64,000 nucleotides of DNA, taken from NCBI RefSeq assembly GCF_006345805.1, contig NC_043000.1, forward strand, positions 6,386,001 through 6,450,000, in the 5' to 3' direction. Of this stretch, positions 12,887 to 24,423 are shown in pieces. The notes below the pieces were generated by a model. It did no database searches, had not been told where the DNA came from, and worked only from the letters and a program-made list of their open reading frames with translations. The translations under genes and the position numbers were made by a program. The stretch is from Octopus sinensis (Eukaryota). Position 1 is the stretch's first letter. Every line of letters begins with the position of its first letter.

Positions 12887-13060
12887 CCATCCGTTCGTGG
12901 CCATTGCCAGCCTCGCCTGGCCCCCATGCCGGTGGCACGTAAAAAGCACCATCCGTCGGTGGCCGTTTGCCAGCTCCATCTGGGACCTGTGCAGGAGGCA
13001 CGTAAAAAGCACCCACTACACTCATGGAGTGGTTGGTGGTAGGAAGAGCATCCAGCCGTA
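12887..13060 (+). mobile_element. RTE 3' UTR fragment, truncated before its tail
   Basis: gccggtggcacgtaaaaagcacc subrepeats and cacccactacactc..ggaagagcatccagc. Confidence 0.8.
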
Positions 13061-13098
13061 GAGAAAGTGATTAGTCTGAGAGAAAAGAAGCAGAATGA

Positions 13099-13142
<44 letters not shown>

Positions 13143-13143
<1 letters not shown>

Positions 13144-13352
13144 CGGGAAGCTTTATGAAAATAAACAAAAGACGAAGGCAGGTGGAATACAAACAAACAA
13201 TTGTATTAGTATGGCGCTCAGGAATAGAAATAGAACAAGTCTTTTACGTTTCGAGCCTACGCTCTTCAACAGAAAGATACACAGAAAAGAAACAAGGAGA
13301 GAAACAAAGAGAGAAAAAAAATGCATGCAGAGGCTAGCGAATCAACATGGCG
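13143..13352 (-). mobile_element. Short hammerhead-bearing Penelope-like fragment in (TA)n
   Basis: Minus strand 13277-13240: UCUUU CUGUUGA A GAGC guag GCUC GAA ACGU A AAAGA. Sister copy at 15446-15640. Confidence 0.75.
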
Positions 13353-13606
13353 ATATATATATATATATATACATATAATAAAATATTATTAGAGACAAAA
13401 TAATATTTATAATTATAATACATAATATATATTCTGCTAATATATATATATATACATATATATATGCTAATACATATATATATACATATATATATGTATA
13501 TATATATACATATATATATATGTATTATATATAATATGTATATATATATATATATATATACATATATACATATATACATATATATATATGTATATATATA
13601 TAATGT

Positions 13607-13638
<32 letters not shown>

Positions 13639-13790
13639 AATACGTCACGATGTGTTACCGCTACTGTATATAACTCACTTTGATATTTATCATTGTTTGA
13701 TTTCACTTTTTCAATATCAGCGACATGGGCGCTGGAAAAAGTATAAGTATTTGTGAAGGAAATCTAATTCTCGGCGACAACTATGATTGT

Positions 13791-13835
13791 CACACGCTGA
13801 CGAGAGGTCAATACCTCGAAACTCGAGTCCGTGTG
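13791..13835 (+). ncRNA. Canonical minimal type-I hammerhead ribozyme, copy 1
   Basis: CACACG CUGACGA GAGGU caau ACCUC GAAA CUCGAG UC|CGUGUG: 6-bp stem I, 5-bp stem II, palindromic helix III; cleavage predicted after C13829. Confidence 0.92.
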
Positions 13836-14143
13836 TATCATAAGTTGAAGACGGGAAGGATGACTTCCCTTTGCAAATACTGACAGGACACAGATAGTGT
13901 GTCTATGGCCAGCTGGAGGAGTGTGTCCTCCTGGGGCTAAAAACTACAGTAGCATCCACCCTTAGGGGTTAGCCATATTGAAATGGCAAAAATACGTCAC
14001 GATGTGTTACCGCTACTGTATATAACTCACTTTGATATTTATCATTGTTTGATTTCACTTTTTCAATATCAGCGACAGTGGGCGCTGGAAAAAGTATAAG
14101 TATTTGTGAAGGAAATCTAACTCTCGGCGACAACTATGATTGT

Positions 14144-14188
14144 CACACGCTGACGAGAGGTCAATACCTCGAAACTCGAGTCTGTGTG
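14144..14188 (+). ncRNA. Canonical minimal type-I hammerhead ribozyme, copy 2
   Basis: Identical core; stem I 3' strand UGUGUG (G-U at the first pair); cleavage predicted after C14182. Confidence 0.9.
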
Positions 14189-14392
14189 TATCATAAGTTG
14201 AAGACGGGAAGGATGACTTCCCTTTGCAAATACTGACAGGACACAGATAGTGTGTCTATGCCAGCTGGAGGAGTGTGTCCTCCTGGGGCTAAAAACTACA
14301 GTAGCATCCACCCTTAGGGGTTAGCCATATTGAAATGGCAAAAATACGTCACTATATATATATATATATATATACATATATGTATATTATAC

Positions 14393-14426
<34 letters not shown>

Positions 14427-14562
14427 ATACATATATATATGTATATATATATATACATATATATATGTATATATATATATGTATATATATATATATGTAT
14501 ATATATGTAAATATATATATACATATATATGTATATATATATATGTATATGTATATATATAT

Positions 14563-15150
14563 TACTGCTCCCAACTTTGGTCACCACACAATATAAAACA
14601 AACAGCAGAACTCGAAGCAACTCAGAGAAGCTACACAAAGAAAATCGTCTCAATGCAAAATGTCAGCTACTGGGAAAGACTGAAGGTATTAAACCTCTTC
14701 TCCCTGGAGCGGAGGCGGGAGAGATATGCAGTGATATACATCTGGAAAATCCTGGAGGGTCTTGTCCAAAACTTTGGCATTCAAAGTTACTCCAACCGCA
14801 GAACGGGGCGCCGCTGCGTGGTGCCAAGGATTCCAACATCACCATCAAAATACAGGTCCAGATACTGCAACAGCTTGGGTTTCAGAGGACCACAGCTGTT
14901 TAACATCCTCCCTAAATGCCTGAGAGACTTACATGGTGTGGATGTGGGTTTCTTTAAAACTAAACTGGATCTCTTCTTGTTGGGAGTCCCAGATGAACCT
15001 ACCTCATGACAGGAGACACGGATGCGGGCAGCAGCATCGAACTCCCTTGTTGATCAAGTGCCACATATCAGAGGTGGATTCACAAACTAGTGTAGCTCAT
15101 TCAGCGGTGGTGCCCCAGCATGGCCGCGGCCTTCGGGCTAAAACATTTTT
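14563..15150 (+). mobile_element. 5'-truncated CR1-group LINE (3' end of ORF2 plus 3' UTR)
   Basis: [68 protein letters not shown], open to 15009. Confidence 0.92.
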
Positions 15151-15163
15151 AAGGATTTTAAGG

Positions 15164-15206
<43 letters not shown>

Positions 15207-15415
15207 TATTACAGAGATGTACTTCCATAGCAAGTGACCTGATCTGAGATCGTGTACTGAAACAAAAACAATTGCAGTGTGGAAGGTGTTTATAAGTCAT
15301 TTAAAAACACACAAAAACCATTACATTCACTTCAACATTTCAATTTAATTTGTCAAAATTTTTTTGTTGCTTTGAGACTGCGTATCTGTTCATTGACAAC
15401 ATTCTGTGCTGCATC

Positions 15416-15445
<30 letters not shown>

Positions 15446-15446
<1 letters not shown>

Positions 15447-15635
15447 GGGGGAGAATTCATGAAAAAAACAAAAGACGAAGACAGGTGGTGTAGAAAACAA
15501 ACAGATGTATTAGTATAACACTCAGGAATTGAAAAAGTCTTTTACGTTTTGAGCCTACGCTCTTCTACAGAAAGGAACACAGAAAGAAACAAGGAGAGTA
15601 ACGAGGAGAGAAACTAAATGTGTGTAGTGGCTACC

Positions 15636-15640
<5 letters not shown>
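15446..15640 (-). mobile_element. Second copy of the 13143-13352 hammerhead-bearing fragment
   Basis: Minus strand 15575-15538: CCUUU CUGUAGA A GAGC guag GCUC AAA ACGU A AAAGA (G12A); flanked by (TA)n. Confidence 0.7.
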
Positions 15641-15679
<39 letters not shown>

Positions 15680-16058
15680 AATATATAAAACACTATGTTC
15701 ATTATTATATTAGGAGATATATAAATGTACAGATTGAAAACATCTCAACAGTGGCATTTTTCCTGTGACCTTTTTTTCCCTGGATTCCAGAAAACATCAC
15801 TTAGTCATTAACCCCAGTCAAGACCTTACAAATAATTTTTCGTGATCCTATCTATGAATTTTCTTTATCATCTTAGAATCCCTACAAAATGCTGAAATAT
15901 ATTCACGACTTCTACAGATTTCGTTTGACTGATGCAAGGAGGGGTGAATGTTAAACGAGGATATGTGTATGCATGCATGTAAATGCATTCCTTTATTCCT
16001 TTATATGCACAGAATTGGAAATGTACAAGCATAAATGCATACATACCAGGATACCAAC

Positions 16059-16225
16059 ATAGGCACAGGAGTGCTGTGTGGTAAGTAGCTTGCTTACCAA
16101 CCACATGGTTCTGAGTTCAGTTCCACTGCATGGCACCTTGTGCAAGTGTCTTCTACTATAGCCTCGAGCCGACCAAAGCCTTGTGAGTGGATTTGGTAGA
16201 CGGAAACTGAAAGAAGCCCATTGTA

Positions 16226-16290
<65 letters not shown>

Positions 16291-16495
16291 TTGTGTGTCT
16301 GTGTTTGTCCCCCTAACATTGCTTGACAACCGATGCTGGTGTGTTTATGTCCCCATAACTTAGCAGTTCAGCAAAAAGAGACCGATAGAATAAGTACTGG
16401 GCTTACAAAGAATAAGTCCTGGGGTCGAGTTGCTTGATTAAAGGTGGTGCCCCAGCATGGCCGCAGTCAAATGACTGAAACAAGTAAAAGAGTAG
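16059..16495 (+). mobile_element. SINE family A
   Basis: Full head, body and tail. Confidence 0.92.
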
Positions 16496-16925
16496 TAAAG
16501 AGTATACATTTTTATGCAGACATTCATGGTTATATGTACTGTATAATCATGTGTGTATTTTGGTTTGCATATCAGCTTGTATGTAGTTATGCGTGTGGTG
16601 TGTGTTTATACATATATATACACACACTTATATATACATATAAGTTTAAATATGTGTAAGTAAATAAAATGTGTGTACAGAAACACAAAATAAAGCACAA
16701 ACACATGTCCATTAAAATATGTTTTCAAACTGTATCAATAGAAAATGTCTAACTTCACTTAAGGGCCCTGCATTGGCATTGATTCTTTTGAAAAAGTAAA
16801 CCATCTGTTGTATCACATTCACGCAGGAAAAGAAAAAAAATAATAATAAACAGCTAAAATTGATACATAAAGCACCATTAGTTTAACATGCTGCAATATA
16901 AATATATAAAATGTAATTATCTTAC

Positions 16926-16976
16926 CGTAGTCAATGAACAAAAATCTTGTGTACATCTGTGTGTTGGAAGCATACT
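16926..16976 (-). CDS. Candidate 51-nt internal exon (SMLPTHRCTQDFCSLTT in phase 0)
   Basis: Donor ACG|gtaaga; weak acceptor ttctgatgtgccgtgatag. Confidence 0.3.
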
Positions 16977-17754
16977 CTATCACGGCACATCAGAAATTTA
17001 AAAAGTCCATGCGGGCATTATAAGACAAACTTATTTATCTAATTAATTTTTCTCTCTCTATTATTTTCCTTTTTCCTTTCTCTCATCTACCAGTTTTCTC
17101 ATACCCACTACATTAATATTCTAAAAGTTTGCTTTTTATTAATTAAAAAGTATTTATTTTCTTCCCCCACTCCACTTTGAATTCCACTTGTTCATTATTC
17201 TTCCTATATTAGTAATTGCTCTTCCTTTTACTTCCCATTTTTTTTCTTTTGGTTTAATTTTCCAATTTCTACACTTCCTAATATAACTGTCTCAATCCAA
17301 GTTATTTCCTGATTCCAGTTTGTTATCAACATAGTTTAAAGACCACATTTCCTAAGCTACAATTCAAAAACAGGATTAGAAGCAGTTTCATATGACAAGA
17401 TCTTATCAGCTGTAGATTTTAAATTGAACTTTTGCTGCGGTTGGATATAAAGTCTCTCTTAGTATACTATGGAATGTTGCATACCATTATATAATGTGTG
17501 GCATGTTAACTTGTGGAAATGATACAAGAAGCAAACTTTAAACTGACAGTGAGACTTTATACCTCTGCCAAATTATACAATGGAGCAAATAACACATCAC
17601 AGATTCTGTTAGTTTATCCATCATTAAGATAATATCATGACGCATGCTCTGGGAAAATCTCTCACCTCACTACCCATAATGATTTTACAAACCTATCTAT
17701 AGACAAAAAAGGGCTCACAGCAATGGTTCAGATTCATTGTTTGAGGATGTATTA

Positions 17755-18248
17755 CCGTAAAGCCTCGAGTATAATACGCAGGGGATTTTTAGGGAGCTCT
17801 ACCTCTGAAAAACCTAAACCTTGTGCATAATACGCACCCCTTCTCTAACTTGAGTCAAGGAGGTTTATATAACATCCTTCGTTTGTAAAACTGTATACAG
17901 TAACGTCCTTTATTATTATTGTATATATAACATGATGCAAACGTGTAGCTTTTTGTGCATTTTGTTTGCAGAAAATAAAGAAATAACAGAAATAACGTTT
18001 AATAAATGTTGCTTATTGCAAGTTATGGATGATTCTTTTATGACTTCATTGCTTTCAGGCTTAGCTTAAGGTATTTTTGCACCCGACATCACAAAATGCG
18101 TCTGAATAAACTTAACCAGACAGCAAATAGAAACTAGGACATTGCTTAGAAAATATTTTTCATTTTTAACCTCGTATATAGTACGCACTAGAGATTTTGA
18201 CCTTTGAATTTTGGCGTAATAATGCAGATTATACTCGAGGATTTATGG
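17755..18248. mobile_element. Tc1/mariner-superfamily (Tc2/pogo-like) MITE
   Basis: TA|ccgtaaagcctcgagtataat ... attatactcgaggatttatgg|TA. An inverted sister copy lies at 33010-33530. Confidence 0.85.
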
Positions 18249-19239
18249 TATGTACAATGTTATTGGATTCAAAGTCCATATTCTGTGCAGTACTCAACCA
18301 ATCAAAATACAAGACTCAACCAAATGTTCCAATCTCACATGATAGGTCAAACAACCAATCACTAAAGATGTGCACGTGAAGCCTATTTATGGTTAGTTGA
18401 ACATAAAATGTCAGAACAGAAATGAGTCCTACTACAGTACATTTATTTTATTTTATTCATTCATGTATCAAAGGAGAACACTGGTTATTTGGTATACCGA
18501 CACAAATATGCCTCCCTCTCCAATTTTGTTTCCTCATAATTTTTTGAAAAATGGATGTTTCTCAGTGAAATTTTCTATAATTGGCATGGCTGCATGATAC
18601 TGCTGCATGGAATCTATAGCCCCAGGTTGAACAAAAGTCTTGTGAATGGATTTGTTAAACAAAAACTGAAAGAAGCCTGTCATGTGTGTGTGTGTGTGTC
18701 CCATCACTGCTTGATAACTGATGTTGGTTTGTTTGCACCAAAAAGAGACTGATAGAATAAAAACTAGACTTAGAAAAAAGTGTATTGGAGTAATTTATTT
18801 GATTAACCCCTTCATAGTGTTGCCCCCACCATGGCCACAATCTAATGACTGAAGCAAGGAAAAGATAATAAACAAAATACATTTCACATTAAATCAAAAT
18901 TTAATATGATAAAAAAAAGCAATTGGTGTGTGTGCACACATACATTCAGATGATGCCCGTCATATATCTTCAAAATTTCAAGCTTCATTTTGTAGATAAA
19001 TATATGTGATGTGTGTCAGTACCTATGTGAGCGCAACATGTGGACCTTTTATTTTTATTCACATTAAATTCCAATATAATCGTAGTCTACACAATCCAAA
19101 AGGTGTTTGCAGAAAAGTTCATTGAAAAATATCCATTTTTCTGAGGTAACAAAAAGTCGGTGTGAGAGAACACACTTGTGTGGACATGACAATTATTCTG
19201 TTGAAGAATATAGCATTTGATAGCTGAGTAAATTTTGTT

Positions 19240-19660
19240 TCTTTTACTCTTTTACTCTTTTTACTCTTTTACTTGTTTCAGTCATTTGACTGTGGCCATG
19301 CTGGAGCACTGCCTTTAGTCGAGCAAATCGACCCCAGGACTTATTCTTTGTAAGCCTAGTACTTATTCTATCAGTCTCTTTTGCCGAACCGCTAAGTGAC
19401 TGGGACGTAAACACACCAGCATCAGTTGTCAAGCGATGTTGGGAGGAACAAACACAGACACACAAACACACATATATATATATACATATACATTTATACA
19501 ATGGGCTTCTTTCAGTTTCCGTCTACTAAATCCACTCACAAGGCTTTGGTCGGCCCGAGGCTATAGCAGAAGACACTTGCCCAAGGTGCCACGCAGTGGG
19601 ACTGAACTCAGAACCATGTGGTTGGTAAGCAAGCTACTTACCACACAGCCACTCCTACAC
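19240..19660 (-). mobile_element. SINE family A
   Basis: Reverse complement of the full consensus. Confidence 0.92.
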
Positions 19661-19879
19661 CTAAAAATAAGAAATATTTGTATTTCTGAAAACAACTGCA
19701 ACATGTCCTTTCATTGTGCTATTATCATTGCTTTCTGTATTTCTAATACATAGAGCCCATGTTACTTTATATTTTTTTGTTCATTTTGTGTCTGCTTTTT
19801 CTATACTCACATGGATTAGATAAATTATCATTGAGGCATTGTTTTACAGCCAAACATCCTTCTTGTCACTAATCCTTAC

Positions 19880-19918
19880 CTGCTGTTCATGTGTGGAATG
19901 TATTATTTCACATGAAAC
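19880..19918 (-). CDS. Candidate 39-nt internal exon (VSCEIIHSTHEQQ, phase 0-0)
   Basis: Acceptor ttatgcttctccaaaaatcag, donor CAG|gtaagg; open only in phase 0. Confidence 0.4.
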
Positions 19919-20698
19919 CTGATTTTTGGAGAAGCATAAATGTAAACAAAACATACACAAATACCTGCACACTCACACACCCATATGCATATCTATGCAT
20001 TTATGTATGTATGTATGTATATATGTATGTATGTATGCATGTCTGCATGTATGTATGTATGTATCTATCTATCTATCTATCTCTACTGTTTGTATATCTG
20101 TATCTCTGTCTAGAATCTTGGTTCTCACCCAGGGTCTATATGACCCTGGGGATGGTGGGGGCATATAAGATTTTGTTGCTAAAATTTATCTGCAATAAAT
20201 CAGTTATACTTCTACAATACTCAAAATATTTTAATATGTTGTTATGTAATTCCTAATTATATTTAATTACGAAAATACAGTCGCGTTTTATTAAAATTTC
20301 AAATGGCTGTAAGGATCCATCTGAGTAAAAGCGGAATGAAAGGGGTCCACAGGCAAGAAAGGTAGGTTGTTCATTATGGCCGGTCAGGGAGTGTCCATTA
20401 GTTTCACCCCCATTAAGCGCTTAGCTGTATAGGCAGCCTATCAGACTCAAATTGCCAGGGGCACACAACCTCTCTACAACTGGAGGGAGGAATGCATCAG
20501 GGTCAGGTAATTTTGTAAACAAAATAATTCCTGAACAAAGCCCTACTGGCAAAACCTTGGGCAAGGTGGGATTATCTCCCCTAGATCAATTCCAATTATG
20601 TCCATAACAGACTTGCCAAATATGGCTGAAGATGGCAGCTAAAATCTACTGGTGCACTTTTACTTTTATTTATTTATCTTATATTATAGTTGTGGAGG

Positions 20699-21462
20699 CA
20701 GAGGCACATGGCCTAGTGGTTAGAGCAGTGGACTGTGGAGGCACATGACCTGGTGGTTAGAGCAGTGGACTGTGGAGGCACATGGCCTAGTAGTTAGAGC
20801 AGTGGACTGCGGAGGCACATGGCCTAGTAGTTAGAGCAGCGGACTGTGGAGGCACATGGCCTAGTAGTTAGAGCAGCGGACTGTGGAGGCACATGACCTG
20901 GTGGTTAGAGCAGTGGACTGTGGAGGCACATGGCCTAGTAGTTAGAGCAGTGGACTGCGGAGGCACATGGCCTAGTAGTTAGAGCAGCAGACTGTGGAGG
21001 CACATGACCTGGTGGTTAGAGCAGTGGACTGTGGAGGCACATGGCCTAGTAGTTAAAGCAGTGGACTGCGGAGGCACATGGCCTAGTAGTTAGAGCAGCG
21101 GACTGTGGAGGCACATGACCTGGTGGTTAGAGCAGTGGACTGTGGAGGCACATGGCCTAGTAGTTAGAGCAGCAGACTTGTATTTGAGGGACCACGGGTT
21201 CGAATCTCAGACCAGGTGACATGTGTGTTTATGAGCGAAACACCTAAGCTCCACGTGGCTCTGGCAGAAGGTAATGGCGAACTTCTGCTGACTCTTTCGC
21301 CACAACTTTCTCTCACTCTTTCCTCCTGCATCTTGCAGCTCACCTGCAACGAACCGACATCCCGTCCAGGTGGGGAACCTATACGCCAAGGAAACCGAGA
21401 AACCAGCCCTTATAAGCCAGATATGGCTGGAAAAGGAACAAACAATATTATAGTTGGGGAAT
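20699..21462 (+). mobile_element. tRNA-derived SINE whose first 37 bp are amplified 13 times
   Basis: Unit ggaggcacatggcctagtagttagagcagtggactgt from ~20700 to 21180, then one B box (ggttcgaatc) and the SINE body. Confidence 0.9.
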
Positions 21463-21699
21463 AATAGCACTGCTGGTTACAGGTTTCCAATGGATCAATC
21501 ATTGGTTTTATTGTATTATGACAAGAATAACAAGAGGGTGTCTAACATGATATAAGGGATTTTGTTTGCAAAGCTGTTTATTTGGGGTTTTTTTTCGACT
21601 GTTTAAATTTTATGTTAGTAGATAACAGCAAAAGGTACACATGCTTTAATACATATGGCGAATTCTATACAGTTTTCATCTTTCCTTGACTGCTGACAA

Positions 21700-21945
21700 T
21701 TCCCTTAATGCCGTGTGAGTCATTGGAGTACTGCAGCCATGCAGAGTATCTAGGGTGAGAAAGCCTGGTGCAGCTCGTCCTTCTCCAGGCTAAACTCATT
21801 TCTACAGCTAAGTGAACTGGAACAATGTAAAATGAAGTAATTTTGCTCAAGAACACAACACATTGCCCAGTCCAGGAATCGAAACCACGAACTTCCAGTC
21901 ATGAATTCAACGCCCAAACTAGTAAGCCACATGCCTCCACAGGTT
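21700..21945 (-). mobile_element. SINE family C, diverged
   Basis: ttttgctcaagaacacaac..ggaatcgaaacc..taagccacatgcctccac. Confidence 0.75.
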
Positions 21946-22154
21946 TTCATCAACTACAGTCAATTCACAAAACATCGGTCAACCTGAGGCTAAAGTATGA
22001 AATTTTTGTCCAAAGTGCTATCCAATGAGAATGAACTAGAACCATATTGTCACAGAGCCATGCCTTCACCCATAAATGGCTGATATTTGAATGACTTTCC
22101 TTTTTAATTTTCCTTAGCATCTCTCTAACCCTCTTGATATGAAACCACCTGAGA

Positions 22155-22391
22155 CTCTTTTACTTGTTTCAGTCATTTGACTGTGGCCATGCTGGAGCAC
22201 CGCCTTTAGTCAAACAAATCGACCCCAGGACTTATTCTTTGTAAGCCTAGTATTTATTCTATCGGGTCTCTTTTTGCCAAACTGCCAAGTTACGGGGACA
22301 TAAACAGACTACCATCGGTTGTCAAGTGATGTTGGGGGGACAAACACAGACACACAAACATAGACACACACACATACATACATAAATACAT

Positions 22392-22426
<35 letters not shown>

Positions 22427-22552
22427 CGACGGGCTTCTTTCAGTTTCCGTCTACCAAATTCACTCACAAGGCTTTGGTCGGCCCGAGGCTATAGTAGAAG
22501 ACACTTGCCCAAGGTGCCACACAGTGGGACTGAATCCAGAACTATGTGGTTC
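22155..22552 (-). mobile_element. SINE family A, 5'-truncated
   Basis: Tail and body match the consensus. Confidence 0.9.
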
Positions 22553-23891
22553 GTCTGTTTCAAAGTGATATAAATTAAAACCTTCCATTAAAATTTCATG
22601 CCACTTTATATTCCAAACACCAGCTTTAAAATGAGTTATTTTTTTAATAACTTCTTTCATTATTTTCAAAATCAACTGCAGTAAAGGAAGTGTATTTCAT
22701 CAAAAATATGGAGACAAAAATCGTGAAGTGATCTTCCTTCAAAATTTCCTGTTATGTTCCAAACACCAGCTTTATAATGACAAAGTTATTTCACTAAATT
22801 TGTTGTTATTCTCGAAATAAATTGAAACAAAGGCAATGTATGGTAACAAAAGGCTTAATGTTCCTAAACGGATACTACAGATAAAAAAATGTACCAAGAG
22901 TCTTCTTTACTTATAGAGTACCATAAGTGAAACTTGTTTTCTAAAGTAAAGTTTATATTTACATGCATATTTTTCCATTGACCATTCCATTGTTTTTACA
23001 ATGTTTTCTGGGTCTGATCAATGTTCTGTCCAAAAACTCAGGTTGGAACATCCGTTAGATTTCATCATTTCCCCTCCTATCAGCTTTTTATTTATTTATT
23101 TATTTTGATACAGCTCTATAGATTATGCAAATGTGTTTTTGTTTGTGTGTGTGTGTGTGTGTGTGTGTTATTCCATTTGGCAATCAATATTATGAAGGTA
23201 GGGAGTTAACAAATTTGATTTCTTTTGTTTGCATTTCCACCCTTTATATTAATGGAATTCTGCCAATGAATTTTGAAAAGCATTTTTGTTTTGTTTGTTT
23301 CTTTCTTTGTTACCATCATCATTTGTGTGTATGTATCCTTCCTTTCATAATATACTGGACAGAATCCAATTTGAAGCTGCCCATTTTACCAGACACAATA
23401 ACTTGTGAGCAATTTATGAAGTAACCTATATTTTTCAAATTGTCAGGCCAAAACAAAAACCAAAAAATCTGTATTTGTTTTGCTTTGTTTTTATTCTTCC
23501 ATGAATACATTTTCATTTTAAAGAGCCTTTTATAGCAGGTTTCTAATCTGTAATTAAGTCTTAATGAAAAAAAATCACACCTAAGATTTAAAAACCAGTC
23601 AAAACACCTTGTTTCTTTTTTTTTTTATTATTATTTTCCTTCTTTTGCACGTCTTCCTTTATTATCTGAAAGTTGTCCATTGTATTGAACAATAATAAAC
23701 ATTGCAAGCATCAATATATAACTAGTGTTAACCGAGTGGTTAACATTGTAGTCATTGAAGACTAGAGATAAACTGAGTTCAGTTACGATCATTTCACTTC
23801 AATTATCCGTTTATGGTTCGCAGGAAAGTGATGTCGTTCCACTGCCTTGATAACTGGGATCTTTATGAAAAATATCAATAAATTTACTTAC

Positions 23892-23909
23892 CTGTATTTC
23901 CCTGTTCTT
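23892..23909 (-). CDS. Candidate 18-nt microexon (KNREIQ in phase 0)
   Basis: ctttcttcttgactgcaaatttttatag|AAGAACAGGGAAATACAG|gtaagt: consensus donor and a UGC just upstream of the acceptor. Confidence 0.45.
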
Positions 23910-23981
23910 CTATAAAAATTTGCAGTCAAGAAGAAAGTGCACAAGGCCACATTAATGGCATGTTGACATGGATTAAATTAA

Positions 23982-24423
23982 CCCTTTTGATATCAACTAA
24001 ATTAAGCTCCTGTTCCATGATACAAAGGTTTTAACGTGATCTGATTCAAAACTTCCATCAAAATTTCAAGTTAATTTCTTTCAATCATTTGCTAAATAAT
24101 GAGACATTTTTGCTAAATTCTTCATTATTTTCAAAATTAATTGGAACAAAGTTAAAGTATTTCAACTGAAGGATGCTAAGGAAAGGGAATTATCCCTTTT
24201 GATACAAATCCATTTAAGACCATCCTTGCTTCTATGACACAAACTTCCTGTCTAAAGATGATCTAAATTAAGAACTCTTATCAAAATTCTATGTTAATTT
24301 CTCTTCCAAACACCATCTTAATAATAAGTCATTTTTTTACTAAATTCTCCATTATTTTGAAAATTAATTGAAACGAAAGCAAAGCATTTCAACAGCAAAA
24401 AAAAAAATGGCAACAAAAGTGGG
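23982..24423. mobile_element. Two tandem, decayed TTAA-type MITEs of a second family
   Basis: ttaaccctttt.gata..., internal aaattcttcattattttcaaaattaattg, end aaaggg. Related fragments at ~22560-22860, 26958-27100 and 27800-27890. Confidence 0.65.

Larger units (their letters stand above)
13638..14352 (+). mobile_element. Retrozyme-like tandem dimer (352-bp unit x2 plus 11-nt terminal redundancy) inserted in (TA)n
   Basis: aaatacgtcac at 13638, 13990 and 14342; two near-identical units, each with a canonical hammerhead; no ORF of note. Confidence 0.88.

Noticed and set aside
14335-15009. 224-aa ORF
   Set aside because: The N-terminal third is (TA)n and the rest is a 5'-truncated LINE.
16926-17030. 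In-frame TGA read as selenocysteine (MDFLNF*CAVIEYASNTQMY...)
   Set aside because: No resemblance to a selenoprotein family I know and no SECIS identified.
20699-21180. CRISPR-like array (also considered for the 33-bp, 184-bp and 22-bp repeats)
   Set aside because: The units are contiguous with no unique spacers, there are no cas genes, and the context is eukaryotic.
23364-23430. Additional 36-nt minus-strand exon candidate (atag|GTTACTTC...GTGTCTG|gtaaaa)
   Set aside because: It has a stop in phase 0, so it is incompatible with the other candidates, and its donor is weak.
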